The notes under the pieces are model-generated. The model was not told where the DNA came from and searched no databases. It saw only the letters and a program-made list of their open reading frames with translations. From Candidatus Daviesbacteria bacterium (lineage in GTDB: Bacteria > Patescibacteriota > Microgenomatia > Daviesbacterales > UBA10151): 64,000 bases of DNA. The translations under genes were made by a program, and so were the position numbers. Shown here in pieces: positions 47,707 through 58,021 of this stretch. How positions within the stretch are numbered: the stretch's first letter is position 1; every line of letters starts with the position of its first letter. Location: NCBI GenBank assembly GCA_030699125.1, contig JAUYKM010000009.1:204958-268957 (forward strand), given 5' to 3'.

Positions 47707-49173
47707 ATGAATATTTTTAAGATTTTAAGAAATGAATATTTTTGGCTAGGTTTAATCTTACTGGCGGCTTTTTTGGTGAGACTATATAGAATCGATGCAC
47801 CAATTGCAGATTGGCATTCCTGGAGACAGGCTGATACGGCAGCGGTCAGTAGAAATTTTATAAAGGAAGGATTTAATCCCCTCATTCCAAAATATGATGA
47901 TATGTCAGGAGTGGCGGAAAAACCCCTGGTTAATAGCCAGGGATTTAGATTTGTGGAATTTCCCGTCTATAATATCTTTGTTTATCCAATGTATCTTCTC
48001 TTTGGAGTAAATGATGCTCTCAGCAGATTAGTTTCAGTATTTTTTTCTTTAGGCAGTGTAATATTTGTTTATCTTATTTCTAAAAAATATTTAGGTATTT
48101 TAACAGCGCTTTTAACAGCTTTTATCTATGCTCTCCTGCCTTTTAATGTGTTTTTCCAAAGAACTACTTTGCCTGAACCAACCTTTTTATTTTTTGCTCT
48201 GGGGATGCTTTATTTTATGGATCGCTGGATTTGGGATAATAAAATAAATTCAGCCTCCTGGGGATTTATTTTTACAACAATTGCCTTTTTGATAAAACCC
48301 TGGGCCATCTTTTTTTATTTGCCGCTTTTGTACTCAGTTTTTACAAAGAGAGACAAACAATTCTTTTTTAAAAAATTTATCCCTTTAACAATTTTTGCAA
48401 TTACCCCATTTGTTCTATGGAGAATGTGGATTTTGCAGCAGCCTCAGGGAATACCTGCTTCTAATTGGTTGCTTAATGGGGATGGGATAAGATTTAGACC
48501 GGCTTTTTTCTGGTGGATCGTATCAGAAAGAATGGGCCGGGAGATTTTAGGGGCTTCAGGTTTTGCACTTTTTATAATAGGAATCTTGGTTAGGCCCCTG
48601 AAAAGTTACTTTTTGCATGTTTGGCTATTATCCATGGTTTTATACTTTGTGGTTTTTGCCACAGGTAATGTCAGACACAATTATTACCAAATAATATTTG
48701 TACCGATTGCCGCAATTTTTATCTCTTATGGTTTTTCCTATTTATTTAATAGGTCGAAAGATCTATTGCCAAGAGTTTGGACGATCCCTTTAGCACTTTT
48801 ATTACTTTCATCAACGTTTTATTTTACCTATAAGATTGATAAAGAATTCTATAAAATAAATAATCCGGCAATTGTGGAGGCAGGAGAAATAGCTGATAAA
48901 ATCTTGCCCAAAGATGCAATTGTCTTGGCTCCTTATAATGGAGATACTGCCTTTTTATACCAGATAAATCGACGAGGTTTTCCAGTTGCTATACTACCTG
49001 CTTCGGAGATGGTATCAGATTATGGTGTGACTCATTATGTTTCTACCACATATGATGAAAAAACTAATTGGGTAAAAAGGCATTTCCAGATTATTTTAGA
49101 GACTCCGCAATTCATGATTGCTGATCTAACTAATCTGACTTCTCCATTAGATACGCTAGACCCTGAACCGTAA
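47707..49173 (+). CDS. PMT/ArnT-like GT-C glycosyltransferase
   Basis: DWHSWRQADTAAVSRNF, EFPVYN, SRLVS, IKP, HNYYQ. Start taken at ATG 47707. Confidence 0.8.
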   Translation: MNIFKILRNEYFWLGLILLAAFLVRLYRIDAPIADWHSWRQADTAAVSRNFIKEGFNPLIPKYDDMSGVAEKPLVNSQGFRFVEFPVYNIFVYPMYLLFGVNDALSRLVSVFFSLGSVIFVYLISKKYLGILTALLTAFIYALLPFNVFFQRTTLPEPTFLFFALGMLYFMDRWIWDNKINSASWGFIFTTIAFLIKPWAIFFYLPLLYSVFTKRDKQFFFKKFIPLTIFAITPFVLWRMWILQQPQGIPASNWLLNGDGIRFRPAFFWWIVSERMGREILGASGFALFIIGILVRPLKSYFLHVWLLSMVLYFVVFATGNVRHNYYQIIFVPIAAIFISYGFSYLFNRSKDLLPRVWTIPLALLLLSSTFYFTYKIDKEFYKINNPAIVEAGEIADKILPKDAIVLAPYNGDTAFLYQINRRGFPVAILPASEMVSDYGVTHYVSTTYDEKTNWVKRHFQIILETPQFMIADLTNLTSPLDTLDPEP

Positions 49174-49191
49174 AGGAAGGATGAAAGAAAA

Positions 49192-50382
49192 TTGAAGATT
49201 TTAATGTTGACACCATACTTGCCTTACCCGCTTTTAACAGGCGGTCAGACTAGATCCTTTAACTTAATCAAAAGATTATCTTCTTTGGGTCATAGAATAA
49301 GTCTTTTCTGCTTAATAAAAAATGATCACGATAAAAAATATATTGGGGAATTAGAAAAATATTGTGAGGAGGTAAAAGTTTTTAAAAGATCAGAAAAACC
49401 CTGGACAGTTAGTAATATTCTAAGAACCGGATTCTCTTTTTTCCCCTTTTTGGTGATTAGAAATTGGGCCAAAGGTGAAAAAGAAGCTATTAAAGAAAAG
49501 ATTCAACAGGAAAAATTTGATCTAATTCATGCAGAAACTTTTTACGTCATGCCCCATATTCCCAAAACAGATATCCCGATATTATTGGTTGAACAAACCA
49601 TAGAGCACCTTGTTTATAAACATTTTGCAGATGAGTTTAAGATCCCTCTTATTAAACAACTACTTTATATAGATGTTTTTAAAATGAAGCATTGGGAACT
49701 CAAATACTGGCAGCAAGCTAAAAAGGTGGTAGCTATGTCTGATGAAGATTTGAAAGCCATGACAGATGAGGTTAAATCCCTGGATGTAGATACTGTACCT
49801 AATGGAGTAGATATTGAATACTTTGGGGAAAAGGTTACTCGGAGGTCTGAGACTCCAGTCGTCTTATATTTAGGCAATTTTACCTGGTTACAAAATAGAG
49901 AGGCAGTTGATATTTTGGTTAAAAAAATCTGGCCCAAGATTAAGGAAAAATTAGCAGATGCTAAATTATGGATTATTGGAAAAGGCGCCAAGGATTTTTT
50001 CGCCAAATTAGAAACAGATAGTGTCAGAGTTGATGAAGTATCAGATGTAAGAGTAGCCTATCAGCAGGCCTCTATACTGGTTGCTCCCATCTTTGGCGGA
50101 GGAGGCACCAGATATAAAAATTTTGAAGCTTTTGCCTCTGGACTGCCAGTAGTGACAACTTCAATTGGCATCAGAGGTACCGATGCTAAGGATGAAGAAG
50201 AGGTGATTATAAGAGATAGCTCCCAAGAAATTGCTGATGCTGCAATAGACTTATTGACTAACCCAGCTCTTTATAAAAAACTGGCCATTAATGCCAAAAA
50301 TATGGTTAGAGAAAAATATAACTGGGATCCGATTGCTAGAAAGTTGTCTGATATTTATGAGAAATTAGGTGAAGTATCATGA
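49192..50382 (+). CDS. GT4 glycosyltransferase
   Basis: PYLPYPLLTGG, VPNGVD, GGGTRYKNFEAFASG. TTG start uncertain. Confidence 0.88.
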   Translation: MKILMLTPYLPYPLLTGGQTRSFNLIKRLSSLGHRISLFCLIKNDHDKKYIGELEKYCEEVKVFKRSEKPWTVSNILRTGFSFFPFLVIRNWAKGEKEAIKEKIQQEKFDLIHAETFYVMPHIPKTDIPILLVEQTIEHLVYKHFADEFKIPLIKQLLYIDVFKMKHWELKYWQQAKKVVAMSDEDLKAMTDEVKSLDVDTVPNGVDIEYFGEKVTRRSETPVVLYLGNFTWLQNREAVDILVKKIWPKIKEKLADAKLWIIGKGAKDFFAKLETDSVRVDEVSDVRVAYQQASILVAPIFGGGGTRYKNFEAFASGLPVVTTSIGIRGTDAKDEEEVIIRDSSQEIADAAIDLLTNPALYKKLAINAKNMVREKYNWDPIARKLSDIYEKLGEVS

Positions 50383-51497
50383 AAATTGTGATAGATGGAA
50401 GAATGTATGCTGAATCAGGGGTAGGGAGATACATCAGAAATTTAATAACTCAATTGCAAATAATTGATAAAAAAAATGAATATTTTATTCTACTTTTGCA
50501 AAAAGACTACCCTTTCTTAAAAGAATCGGAAAATTTTCGAAAAGTTGTGGCAGAATTTAGATGGTATGGTGTCGGTGAACAAATTAAATTGCCAAAAGTT
50601 TTTAATTCCTTAAAGGCGGATCTGGTGCATTTTCCCCACTTTAATGTCCCACTTCTTTATCGAGGTAAATTTGTTGTCACCATACATGATTTAATCCATC
50701 AACATTTTCAAATGAGAAGAGCCACTACTCTTGATCCCCTAACTTATAAAATAAAACAACTTGCCTATATAAAAGTCTTTAAAAATGCAGTGACTAAATC
50801 CTTAAAAATATTGGTCCCATCAAATTATGTTAAAGAGTTGTTAATTGATGAATGGAGTTTGGGTGCTGATAAAATTGTGGTTACGCCTGAAGCAGTTGAT
50901 GACAATATATTCTCGATCGAGAAGATAATGAATAAAGAGAAAATCGAAAGAGTAATGCGGAAATTTAAAATAAATACCCCCTATATTTTTTATGTGGGTA
51001 ATGCTCATCCTCATAAAAATATAGAAGGGCTAATCAGGGCATTTTTAGAATTGAGAAAAAAATATCCAGATTTATATTTGGTACTTTCTGGTTATGATCA
51101 TTATTTTTGGCAAAGAATAAGGGAAGAATTCCAATATCCAGGTATAATCTATACCGGACATATTAGTGATGAGGAGCTGGTGGCTTTATACAAAGAAGCA
51201 GAATGTTTTGTAATGCCATCCTTTGAGGAAGGTTTTGGTATACCACTTCTGGAGGCCATGGCTTGCGGTTGTCCAGTTGTCTCATCAAATGCCGCTAGTC
51301 TGCTGGAGGTTGGCTTAGATGCCGCCATTTATTTTGATCCACGAAATTCCCAGGAGATGATAGAAAAAATCTTGCAAGTTCTAGAAGATGCAAATTTGAA
51401 AGAGAAATTAGTCAAAAAAGGAAAGGAAAGAATAAAAGTTTTCAGTTGGGAAAAATTAGCCAAGCAAACATTGGAGGTTTATTCCTCATGCGTGTAG
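50379..51497 (+). CDS. GT4 glycosyltransferase (WbpY/MtfB-like)
   Basis: GVGRY, TIHDL, PHKN, EEGFGIPLLEAMACG. Confidence 0.9.
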   Translation: MKIVIDGRMYAESGVGRYIRNLITQLQIIDKKNEYFILLLQKDYPFLKESENFRKVVAEFRWYGVGEQIKLPKVFNSLKADLVHFPHFNVPLLYRGKFVVTIHDLIHQHFQMRRATTLDPLTYKIKQLAYIKVFKNAVTKSLKILVPSNYVKELLIDEWSLGADKIVVTPEAVDDNIFSIEKIMNKEKIERVMRKFKINTPYIFYVGNAHPHKNIEGLIRAFLELRKKYPDLYLVLSGYDHYFWQRIREEFQYPGIIYTGHISDEELVALYKEAECFVMPSFEEGFGIPLLEAMACGCPVVSSNAASLLEVGLDAAIYFDPRNSQEMIEKILQVLEDANLKEKLVKKGKERIKVFSWEKLAKQTLEVYSSCV

Positions 51498-52567
51498 CCA
51501 TAGTTCATGATGACCTGGTGCAATGGGGCGGGGCTGAGAGAGTTTTGGAAGGAATTTGTGAGATTTATCCCGACGCACCAATATTTAGCTCTGTTTTTGA
51601 CAAAGATAATAAAGATTTAAAAAAAAGATTTGGCAACAAAAAAGTTTACACCTCTTTCCTGCAAAGAATTCCCGGATGGAAAAGTTTATATAAAGCGATG
51701 CTGCCGCTTTATCCGATTGCCTTTGAGCAATTTGATTTCTCTGAATATGATTTGGTGATATCTCATACCACCCGCTTTGCCAAATCAATTATTACTAAAC
51801 CTAAAACAGTTCATATTTGTTATTGTCATACACCCCCCAGATTTTTATGGAATTTTTCCGGGCAGTCTTATCCAATGCTGGAGTTTTTTTTCAAAAAGCT
51901 TAAGCCTTACGATAAAATTTCAGCTCAAAGAGTAGATTATTTTATTGCCGGATCAGAAAATGCCAAAAGGAGAATAAAGAAAGTTTATGGTAACGATTCA
52001 AAAGTGGTTTATCCTTTTGTGGATCTGAAAAGATTTGAAAATATAGAAACTTTTGATGGAGGATATTATCTGGTAATTTCCAGACTTAATAAATATAAAA
52101 GGATAGATTTGGCATTGGAAGCATGTATTAAGTTGGAATTACCACTTAAGATTATAGGGATAGGGCCGGAGTCGGAAGGGTTAAGGGTTAAGGGTAAAGG
52201 GGAAAGGGTGGAGTTTTTGAGAGAATTGGATGATGAGATGCTGGTACAAATTATGGCTGGATGCAGGGCATTAATTATTCCCGGCATTGAAGATTTTGGT
52301 ATGACATCTTTGGAGGTTCAAGCTCTAGGCAAACCCGTTATAGCATATAAAGAGGGCGGAGTTTTAGAGACAGTTCAGGAAGGGAAAACCGGTTTCTTTT
52401 TTGATTATCCTACAGTGGATAGTTTGATTAAAACTCTAGATTTTTTTAATGATTTACATCGTTGGAATAATGCAAAGATTTGCCAAGAGAATGCAAAGCG
52501 CTTTAGCAAGGACCTCTTTTTTACGAATTTTAAGCAAACAGTTGAGCATTTGTTGTACACTAATTAG
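51488..52567 (+). CDS. GT4 glycosyltransferase (WbaZ-like mannosyltransferase type)
   Basis: VAIVHDDL, GGAERVL, YCHTPPR, EDFGM. Start taken at ATG 51488. Confidence 0.88.
   Translation: MRVAIVHDDLVQWGGAERVLEGICEIYPDAPIFSSVFDKDNKDLKKRFGNKKVYTSFLQRIPGWKSLYKAMLPLYPIAFEQFDFSEYDLVISHTTRFAKSIITKPKTVHICYCHTPPRFLWNFSGQSYPMLEFFFKKLKPYDKISAQRVDYFIAGSENAKRRIKKVYGNDSKVVYPFVDLKRFENIETFDGGYYLVISRLNKYKRIDLALEACIKLELPLKIIGIGPESEGLRVKGKGERVEFLRELDDEMLVQIMAGCRALIIPGIEDFGMTSLEVQALGKPVIAYKEGGVLETVQEGKTGFFFDYPTVDSLIKTLDFFNDLHRWNNAKICQENAKRFSKDLFFTNFKQTVEHLLYTN
52176..52210 (+). repeat. In-frame heptamer tandem repeat (5 units)
   Basis: aagggtt aagggtt aagggta aagggga aagggtg, encoding EGLRVKGKGERV. Confidence 0.75.
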
Positions 52568-52571
52568 TTAC

Positions 52572-53207
52572 ATGTATGATTTTCTAAAAAGGATTATGGA
52601 TATGGTGGGCTCACTTGTGGGATCAATCCTTCTACTGCCGATTTTTTTATTGGTGGCTCTGGCAATTAAATTGGATTCCCAAGGACCAATCTTTGCAGAA
52701 ACCCCCATGCGAGTAGGGCGTGATGGAGAACTTTTTAAGATGTATAAATTTAGATCTATGATTGCCAATGCTCATGGTCTTCTCACGACCGATCCTCGCT
52801 TTAAAAAGCTGTATGATGAGTATAAAAAAAGTAGTTATAAATTAACCAAAGATCCACGCATCACTAGGGTGGGTAAGTTTATCCGTAAGTACTCATTGGA
52901 TGAACTACCGCAACTGATTAATGTATTAAGAGGTGAGATGAGTCTGGTAGGTCCCCGGGCATACTATCCGGATGAGTTAGAAGAGCAACAGAAGAATTAT
53001 CCTGAGACGAAAGAATATGTCAATATTATATTATCCGGTAAACCTGGTATCACCGGAATTTGGCAAGTTTCAGGCAGATCCGGGATTAATTTTGATGAAC
53101 GAGTCAAGATGGATGCTTCATATGTACAGAAACGGTCGATTATTTACGATTTTTGGCTAATTCTCAAAACAATTCCGGCAGTTATTTCCGGAAAAGGAGC
53201 AGTTTAA
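52572..53207 (+). CDS. Priming undecaprenyl-phosphate sugar-1-phosphate transferase (WcaJ/WbaP/CpsE C-domain)
   Basis: [39 protein letters not shown]. Start taken at ATG 52572. Confidence 0.93.
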   Translation: MYDFLKRIMDMVGSLVGSILLLPIFLLVALAIKLDSQGPIFAETPMRVGRDGELFKMYKFRSMIANAHGLLTTDPRFKKLYDEYKKSSYKLTKDPRITRVGKFIRKYSLDELPQLINVLRGEMSLVGPRAYYPDELEEQQKNYPETKEYVNIILSGKPGITGIWQVSGRSGINFDERVKMDASYVQKRSIIYDFWLILKTIPAVISGKGAV

Positions 53208-55099
53208 TGGCTTTGGTTAATTTAACAAAAAAACTAGATAAGATGAACCGCTCATATTCAATGAGAAAACAGAATACGCATAAAGGTCTTAAAAGGCTTA
53301 TTGTTATTTTGGTGCTGTTGGCTGTATCAATCCTTATTCCATCCCTTTTTGCTTATATGGGTTTTAAGGAGACTCTTGTTCACACTAGGGCCTTAACAAA
53401 ATCTTACGAAAATCAACAATTTGATGTAATGAAAAAGGAGATTCAAGAAACTAAAAGCTCTTTGGAAAAGGTTAATATTCCGCTAAACTTCTTATTTTGG
53501 CTAAGAATTGTCCCAATTGTTGGCGGATATTATGCGGATGCCAAAGGTTTTATTAATGCCGGAGTTGAGGATTTAATTGCACTGGAGGTACTCTTTGATG
53601 AGTTGGAAAGCAAGAAAGATGTATTAGGCTTTAATGGTGTTCCAAAGCAGGGGCCGGAAAGGGTAAGCCAGGTAATTCTCATACTCAAAGAATCGCTTCC
53701 CTTTTTTGATAAAATTGAGGCTAATTTAGCTAAAGCAGCAGATTCAGTAAAAGATATTAATACTAATAAATACCCCCAACACTTTGGCAGTTTCAAACTT
53801 AGGCAAATGATGAGTACAGCCAAGAACTTTATTTTAGGAGCATCTTTGGCAGTTTCTGAAAATAGAGACGCCTTAAGTGTAGCTCCCCTGGCGTTGGGAG
53901 AGCCAACTGCCAGAAATTATTTATTGCTTTTCCAAAACGATAAGGAGATCCGTCCCACTGGAGGTTTTATAACTGCTTTCGCCACTCTTAAAATTGACAG
54001 GGGTCAAGTACAAACCACCACCTCCGATGATATTTACAGATTGGATGAAAGACTTCTGGCAACTTGCGAGTCAAAGATCTGCCCTTTAACGCCACCGGAT
54101 CCAATTGTGAAATATTTACCTGAGGTATCAGGTGTAGCTAGGTCCGCTTGGAGCATGAGGGATTCCAATATCTCACCGGATGTGCCCACATCTGCCAAAG
54201 AATTTAGGAGAATGTATGAACTTTTGGGAGCAGGTTTTGCCTTTGATGGAATAATCTATATTGATACACAGGTAGTGGAGGAAATAATTGAGGTGACAGG
54301 GCCAATTGATGTTTTTGGTACCAAATATTCAGCTGAGGTTGATGAACGCTGTAATTGTCCCAACGTGATTTATGAGTTGGAATCATATGCTGAGATTGCT
54401 GCCAAAGGCGAGCAGGATAGGAAAGCAATCTTGGGAGTTTTAATGCAGCAGATTTTAGCCAAAGTTTTAGGAGCAGATATTGCCTCTCTCCCTCAATTCA
54501 TAGAAACAGTGGCTCGGTTGGCCAATCATAAACACATCATGTTTTATATGCATGATGATACAACTCAAAAGTCCCTTTCTAGACTGAACTGGACTGGTGA
54601 AATCAAAAACTATGATGGAGATTATCTACATATCAATGATGCCAATTTTGCCGGAGGGAAGTCTAATCTTTATGTAACACAGGAGGTGACTCAGGAAATA
54701 AAGATTAAGGATTCTAAAGTGATGAAAAAGATTACTGTTGAATATAAAAATGATCAGCCATTTAATACCTGGCTGAATGGAATAAACAGGGATTATGTCA
54801 GATTTTATGTGCCAAAAGGCTCAAAGCTGATATCTTCCAAAGGGTCTGAGGTGAGCGTGACTACTATTGAGGATGATCTGGAAAAAACTGTTTTTGAGGC
54901 CTTTATTCAAGTCAGGCCCCAAAATTCCAGGAAATTGGAAATAGAGTATGAAGTAGCTTACAATCCTAAGGATGAATATAAAATGTTAGTGCAAAAACAA
55001 CCAGGAGCTAAAGATTTTGAGTATAAAATTAAAATAAATGGTTCCCAAAAAGCTGATTTTAAACTAGACCAAGATAAAGAATTTAAATTTGGCATCTAG
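53207..55099 (+). CDS. DUF4012 domain membrane-anchored protein
   Basis: NYLLLFQNDKEIRPTGGF, RDSNISPD, GGKSN, QKQPG. Confidence 0.8.
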   Translation: MALVNLTKKLDKMNRSYSMRKQNTHKGLKRLIVILVLLAVSILIPSLFAYMGFKETLVHTRALTKSYENQQFDVMKKEIQETKSSLEKVNIPLNFLFWLRIVPIVGGYYADAKGFINAGVEDLIALEVLFDELESKKDVLGFNGVPKQGPERVSQVILILKESLPFFDKIEANLAKAADSVKDINTNKYPQHFGSFKLRQMMSTAKNFILGASLAVSENRDALSVAPLALGEPTARNYLLLFQNDKEIRPTGGFITAFATLKIDRGQVQTTTSDDIYRLDERLLATCESKICPLTPPDPIVKYLPEVSGVARSAWSMRDSNISPDVPTSAKEFRRMYELLGAGFAFDGIIYIDTQVVEEIIEVTGPIDVFGTKYSAEVDERCNCPNVIYELESYAEIAAKGEQDRKAILGVLMQQILAKVLGADIASLPQFIETVARLANHKHIMFYMHDDTTQKSLSRLNWTGEIKNYDGDYLHINDANFAGGKSNLYVTQEVTQEIKIKDSKVMKKITVEYKNDQPFNTWLNGINRDYVRFYVPKGSKLISSKGSEVSVTTIEDDLEKTVFEAFIQVRPQNSRKLEIEYEVAYNPKDEYKMLVQKQPGAKDFEYKIKINGSQKADFKLDQDKEFKFGI

Positions 55100-55118
55100 T
55101 TTATGCTAAACTTCCTTA

Positions 55119-55805
55119 ATGAGAGGGTTTAGGGTTGAAGGGATTATTTTAAAGAGGAGAAATTTTGGGGAGGCGGATCGGATTTTAACTGTTTTTACAC
55201 TCCAGAGAGGTAAGATTTCTGTTTTAGCAAAAGGAGTCAGAAGAATTACCTCCAGACGGGCCGGCAGCGTGGAACTTCTCAATAGAAGCATCCTATATTT
55301 ACATGTGGGGAAGGGGATGCCAATTTTAACTGAGGCTCAAAGTTTGGATACTTATTCTAAGCTGAAAAATGACCTGACACTTTCAACGTATTCTTTCCAT
55401 ATTATAGAGTTGGTTGATAAGTTAACCGCAGAGAACCAAGAAAACAGGATTTTATATGAGCATTTAGTGGAAGTTTTTAAAAGACTGGAAAGAAATCCCA
55501 GACAAATTTTAATTAGAGCATTTGAAGCAAAAATACTTGCCAATTTAGGCTTTATTTCTTTTAAAAACCCGCCACAGTCAAACGTGGCTGGGACGTTTGA
55601 CGTCCCGCAGGTGTCAATACAAATACACCCCAAGGGTGTACATATAAAATTATTAGAAGAGTTGGAGATTCTATCTTGGGACGAAATAGAAAAAATGAAA
55701 ATAAATCAGAAAGAGGCTATAGAACTTGAGCGTGTATTACGCTATCATGTAGAGAGAGTATTAGAAAGTTCACTCAAGAGTAGAACATTTCTGAGGAAAC
55801 TTTAA
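55119..55805 (+). CDS. recO: DNA repair protein RecO
   Basis: EGIILKRRNFGEADRI, GKISVLAKGVR. The CxxC zinc finger is absent. Confidence 0.9.
   Translation: MRGFRVEGIILKRRNFGEADRILTVFTLQRGKISVLAKGVRRITSRRAGSVELLNRSILYLHVGKGMPILTEAQSLDTYSKLKNDLTLSTYSFHIIELVDKLTAENQENRILYEHLVEVFKRLERNPRQILIRAFEAKILANLGFISFKNPPQSNVAGTFDVPQVSIQIHPKGVHIKLLEELEILSWDEIEKMKINQKEAIELERVLRYHVERVLESSLKSRTFLRKL
55571..55640. repeat. Cluster of overlapping palindromes in frame within recO
   Basis: GCCAC/GTGGC, GTCAAACGT/ACGTTTGAC, GGGACGT-ttg-ACGTCCC, TACACCC-caa-GGGTGTA. Confidence 0.7.
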
Positions 55806-55807
55806 CC

Positions 55808-57115
55808 ATGAATGATTTAATGGATAAGGTTGTAGCTTTATGTAAACGTCGGGGATTTATCTATCCTGGCTCTGAGATTTATGGAGGTTTGGCTGGGACT
55901 TGGGATTATGGTCCAGCCGGTACCGAACTTAAGAGAAATCTTAAGGAATTATGGTGGAAAGAGATGGTGCAATTAAGAGAGGATATTGTGGGGCTAGATG
56001 CCGCCATTATGATGAATCCTAAAGCCTGGGAGGCCTCGGGTCATGTGGAAGCTTTCTCTGATCCTCTTGTAGAGTGTAAAATCTGCCATCAGAGATTTAG
56101 AGCAGATAAAGAGGTGGAGATCAAAGAACATGAAACAACACACAAAGAAGAGAAAGTAGAATGGACTTCTCCAGAGCAATTCAATTTATTGGTCAAAGCA
56201 TATTTGGGTGTTTTGGAAGGAAAACAATCTGAAATTTATCTAAGGGGAGAAATAACTAATGGGGTACATGTTAATTTTAAAAATGTCCTAGATTCCACCA
56301 GAGTTAAAATACCCTTTGGCATTGCCCAAATTGGCAAGGCTTTTAGAAATGAAATAACCCCCGGCAATTTTACCTTTAGATCGCGTGAGTTTGAACAAAT
56401 GGAAGTGCAATTTTATGTTAAAAATGATGAAAAAAAGGCAGAAAAGTGGTTTGATTATTGGAAACAAAATAGGATGGATTGGTATTTATCTCTGGGGATG
56501 AAAAAGGAGAATTTAAGATTCAGAGATCATGCTCCAGGCGAACGTGCCCATTATGCTAAAGCTGCTACAGATATAGAATATCAAGCTCCCTGGGGTTGGT
56601 CTGAGTTTATGGGTATTCACCAAAGAGGTGATTGGGATTTATCCAGGCATCGACAATACAGTGGACAGGATATGAAATATAGAGATCCCCAAACAGGTGA
56701 AGAATATATCCCATGGGATATTGAAACATCAGCCGGGGTGGATCGATCTGCTTTATTTATATTGATTGATGCTTATACAGAAGAAAATGGTAGAGTGTAT
56801 CTTAAACTTCACCCTAAATTAAGCCCCTTCAAAGCAGCAGTATTTCCTCTACTTGCCAACAAGGATAAACTTGTTGAAAAAGCTAAGAAAATTTATGATG
56901 ATTTGAAAAAAGATTTTATGGTAGCTTGGGATGACCGGGGTAATATTGGTAAAAGATATGCCGCACAAGACGAGATTGGCACTCCCTTTTGCATTACAGT
57001 GGATTTTGATTCGCTAAATGATGAAATGGTGACAATAAGAGATAGAGATAGCGCTAAACAGGAGAGGGTTAGAGTGGTTGACTTGAGAGCGTATTTAGAT
57101 GGTAAGATAAAATAA
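55808..57115 (+). CDS. glyQS: Glycine--tRNA ligase (homodimeric alpha2 type)
   Basis: KRRGF, WDYGP, GKAFRNEITP, REFEQME, HYA, IGKRYAAQDEIGTP. Confidence 0.95.
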   Translation: MNDLMDKVVALCKRRGFIYPGSEIYGGLAGTWDYGPAGTELKRNLKELWWKEMVQLREDIVGLDAAIMMNPKAWEASGHVEAFSDPLVECKICHQRFRADKEVEIKEHETTHKEEKVEWTSPEQFNLLVKAYLGVLEGKQSEIYLRGEITNGVHVNFKNVLDSTRVKIPFGIAQIGKAFRNEITPGNFTFRSREFEQMEVQFYVKNDEKKAEKWFDYWKQNRMDWYLSLGMKKENLRFRDHAPGERAHYAKAATDIEYQAPWGWSEFMGIHQRGDWDLSRHRQYSGQDMKYRDPQTGEEYIPWDIETSAGVDRSALFILIDAYTEENGRVYLKLHPKLSPFKAAVFPLLANKDKLVEKAKKIYDDLKKDFMVAWDDRGNIGKRYAAQDEIGTPFCITVDFDSLNDEMVTIRDRDSAKQERVRVVDLRAYLDGKIK

Positions 57116-58006
57116 GTGGAAAAATTAAGATTTTGGTTTAGTACACATAAAGTAACTGCTATTTTGGGAATTTTAATCATTTTAGCCTTAGGTGGAGGAA
57201 TATTCGCCTTCCAGAAAATTTCCACAAAACCCAGCGGTCTGGCTCAGGAAGTAGATTTAATCTTTGATGCAGAAGGTCCGTACGCCCTGACTATTCCCAG
57301 AAATGACGGCAATGCCATGATTTTAAATTTGAAAAGGACTTCTTCTTATGATGAGATTTCTTATGAACTGGCTTATACTTCAGAGGCAGAAAAGGTGGCA
57401 GAAAGAGGGGGTAAAGTCTTGGAAGAAGGGGAAGAGGGAGGAGTAATTGAACGGGGAGTGGTAGGAACAATTAATACCACAGATAGAAAGGGTGAATATG
57501 AGCAGGAAATCTTATTTGGGACTTGTTCCAAAAATGTCTGTAAATATGATCAGGGAGTGGAAAATGGTACTTTGACTCTACGTATTAAGAAGGGAAATAA
57601 CGTTTATAAAATGGTGACTCAATGGCATCTGCAAAGGCCGGATATTGCCTTGGGTAAGCTTTCCTCAGGTGATGAGCATTTTAAATATGAGATAGATACA
57701 GATAGGGAAACGCTCTCAGGAGTGGGTTATTCAATAGTAAATGATCTAACCGGGGTACCGAAACTGCCTTCTGAAAAAGAGGTTTTAGGAAAAGTTTATG
57801 CTCTAAATGTACCGATTGCCAAAGATTTGCCAACCGGCCAGGTGACATATGAGCTGGCCCAAGATTCGCCGGAAGGAGCTAAAATCTATGTATTTTATGA
57901 ATCAACAAATGAATGGCAGGAGTTGGATACCAAAGTGGAAGGTAGTAAACTATCAGCCGCAGCCAACGGTAGCGGCATATTTGCAGTATTAGTCCCCCAA
58001 AAGTAA
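57116..58006 (+). CDS. Hypothetical membrane-anchored extracellular protein
   Basis: N-terminal TM, LFGTCSKNVC, acidic beta-rich body. GTG start directly after the glyQS stop. Confidence 0.7.
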   Translation: MEKLRFWFSTHKVTAILGILIILALGGGIFAFQKISTKPSGLAQEVDLIFDAEGPYALTIPRNDGNAMILNLKRTSSYDEISYELAYTSEAEKVAERGGKVLEEGEEGGVIERGVVGTINTTDRKGEYEQEILFGTCSKNVCKYDQGVENGTLTLRIKKGNNVYKMVTQWHLQRPDIALGKLSSGDEHFKYEIDTDRETLSGVGYSIVNDLTGVPKLPSEKEVLGKVYALNVPIAKDLPTGQVTYELAQDSPEGAKIYVFYESTNEWQELDTKVEGSKLSAAANGSGIFAVLVPQK

Positions 58007-58021
58007 TATTTTGCCCCTTGA

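Noticed and set aside
49159-49176. GACCCTGAACCGTAAAGG as another CTGAG-CGAAG element
   Set aside because: Both half-motifs are mismatched and it coincides with an ordinary gene end.
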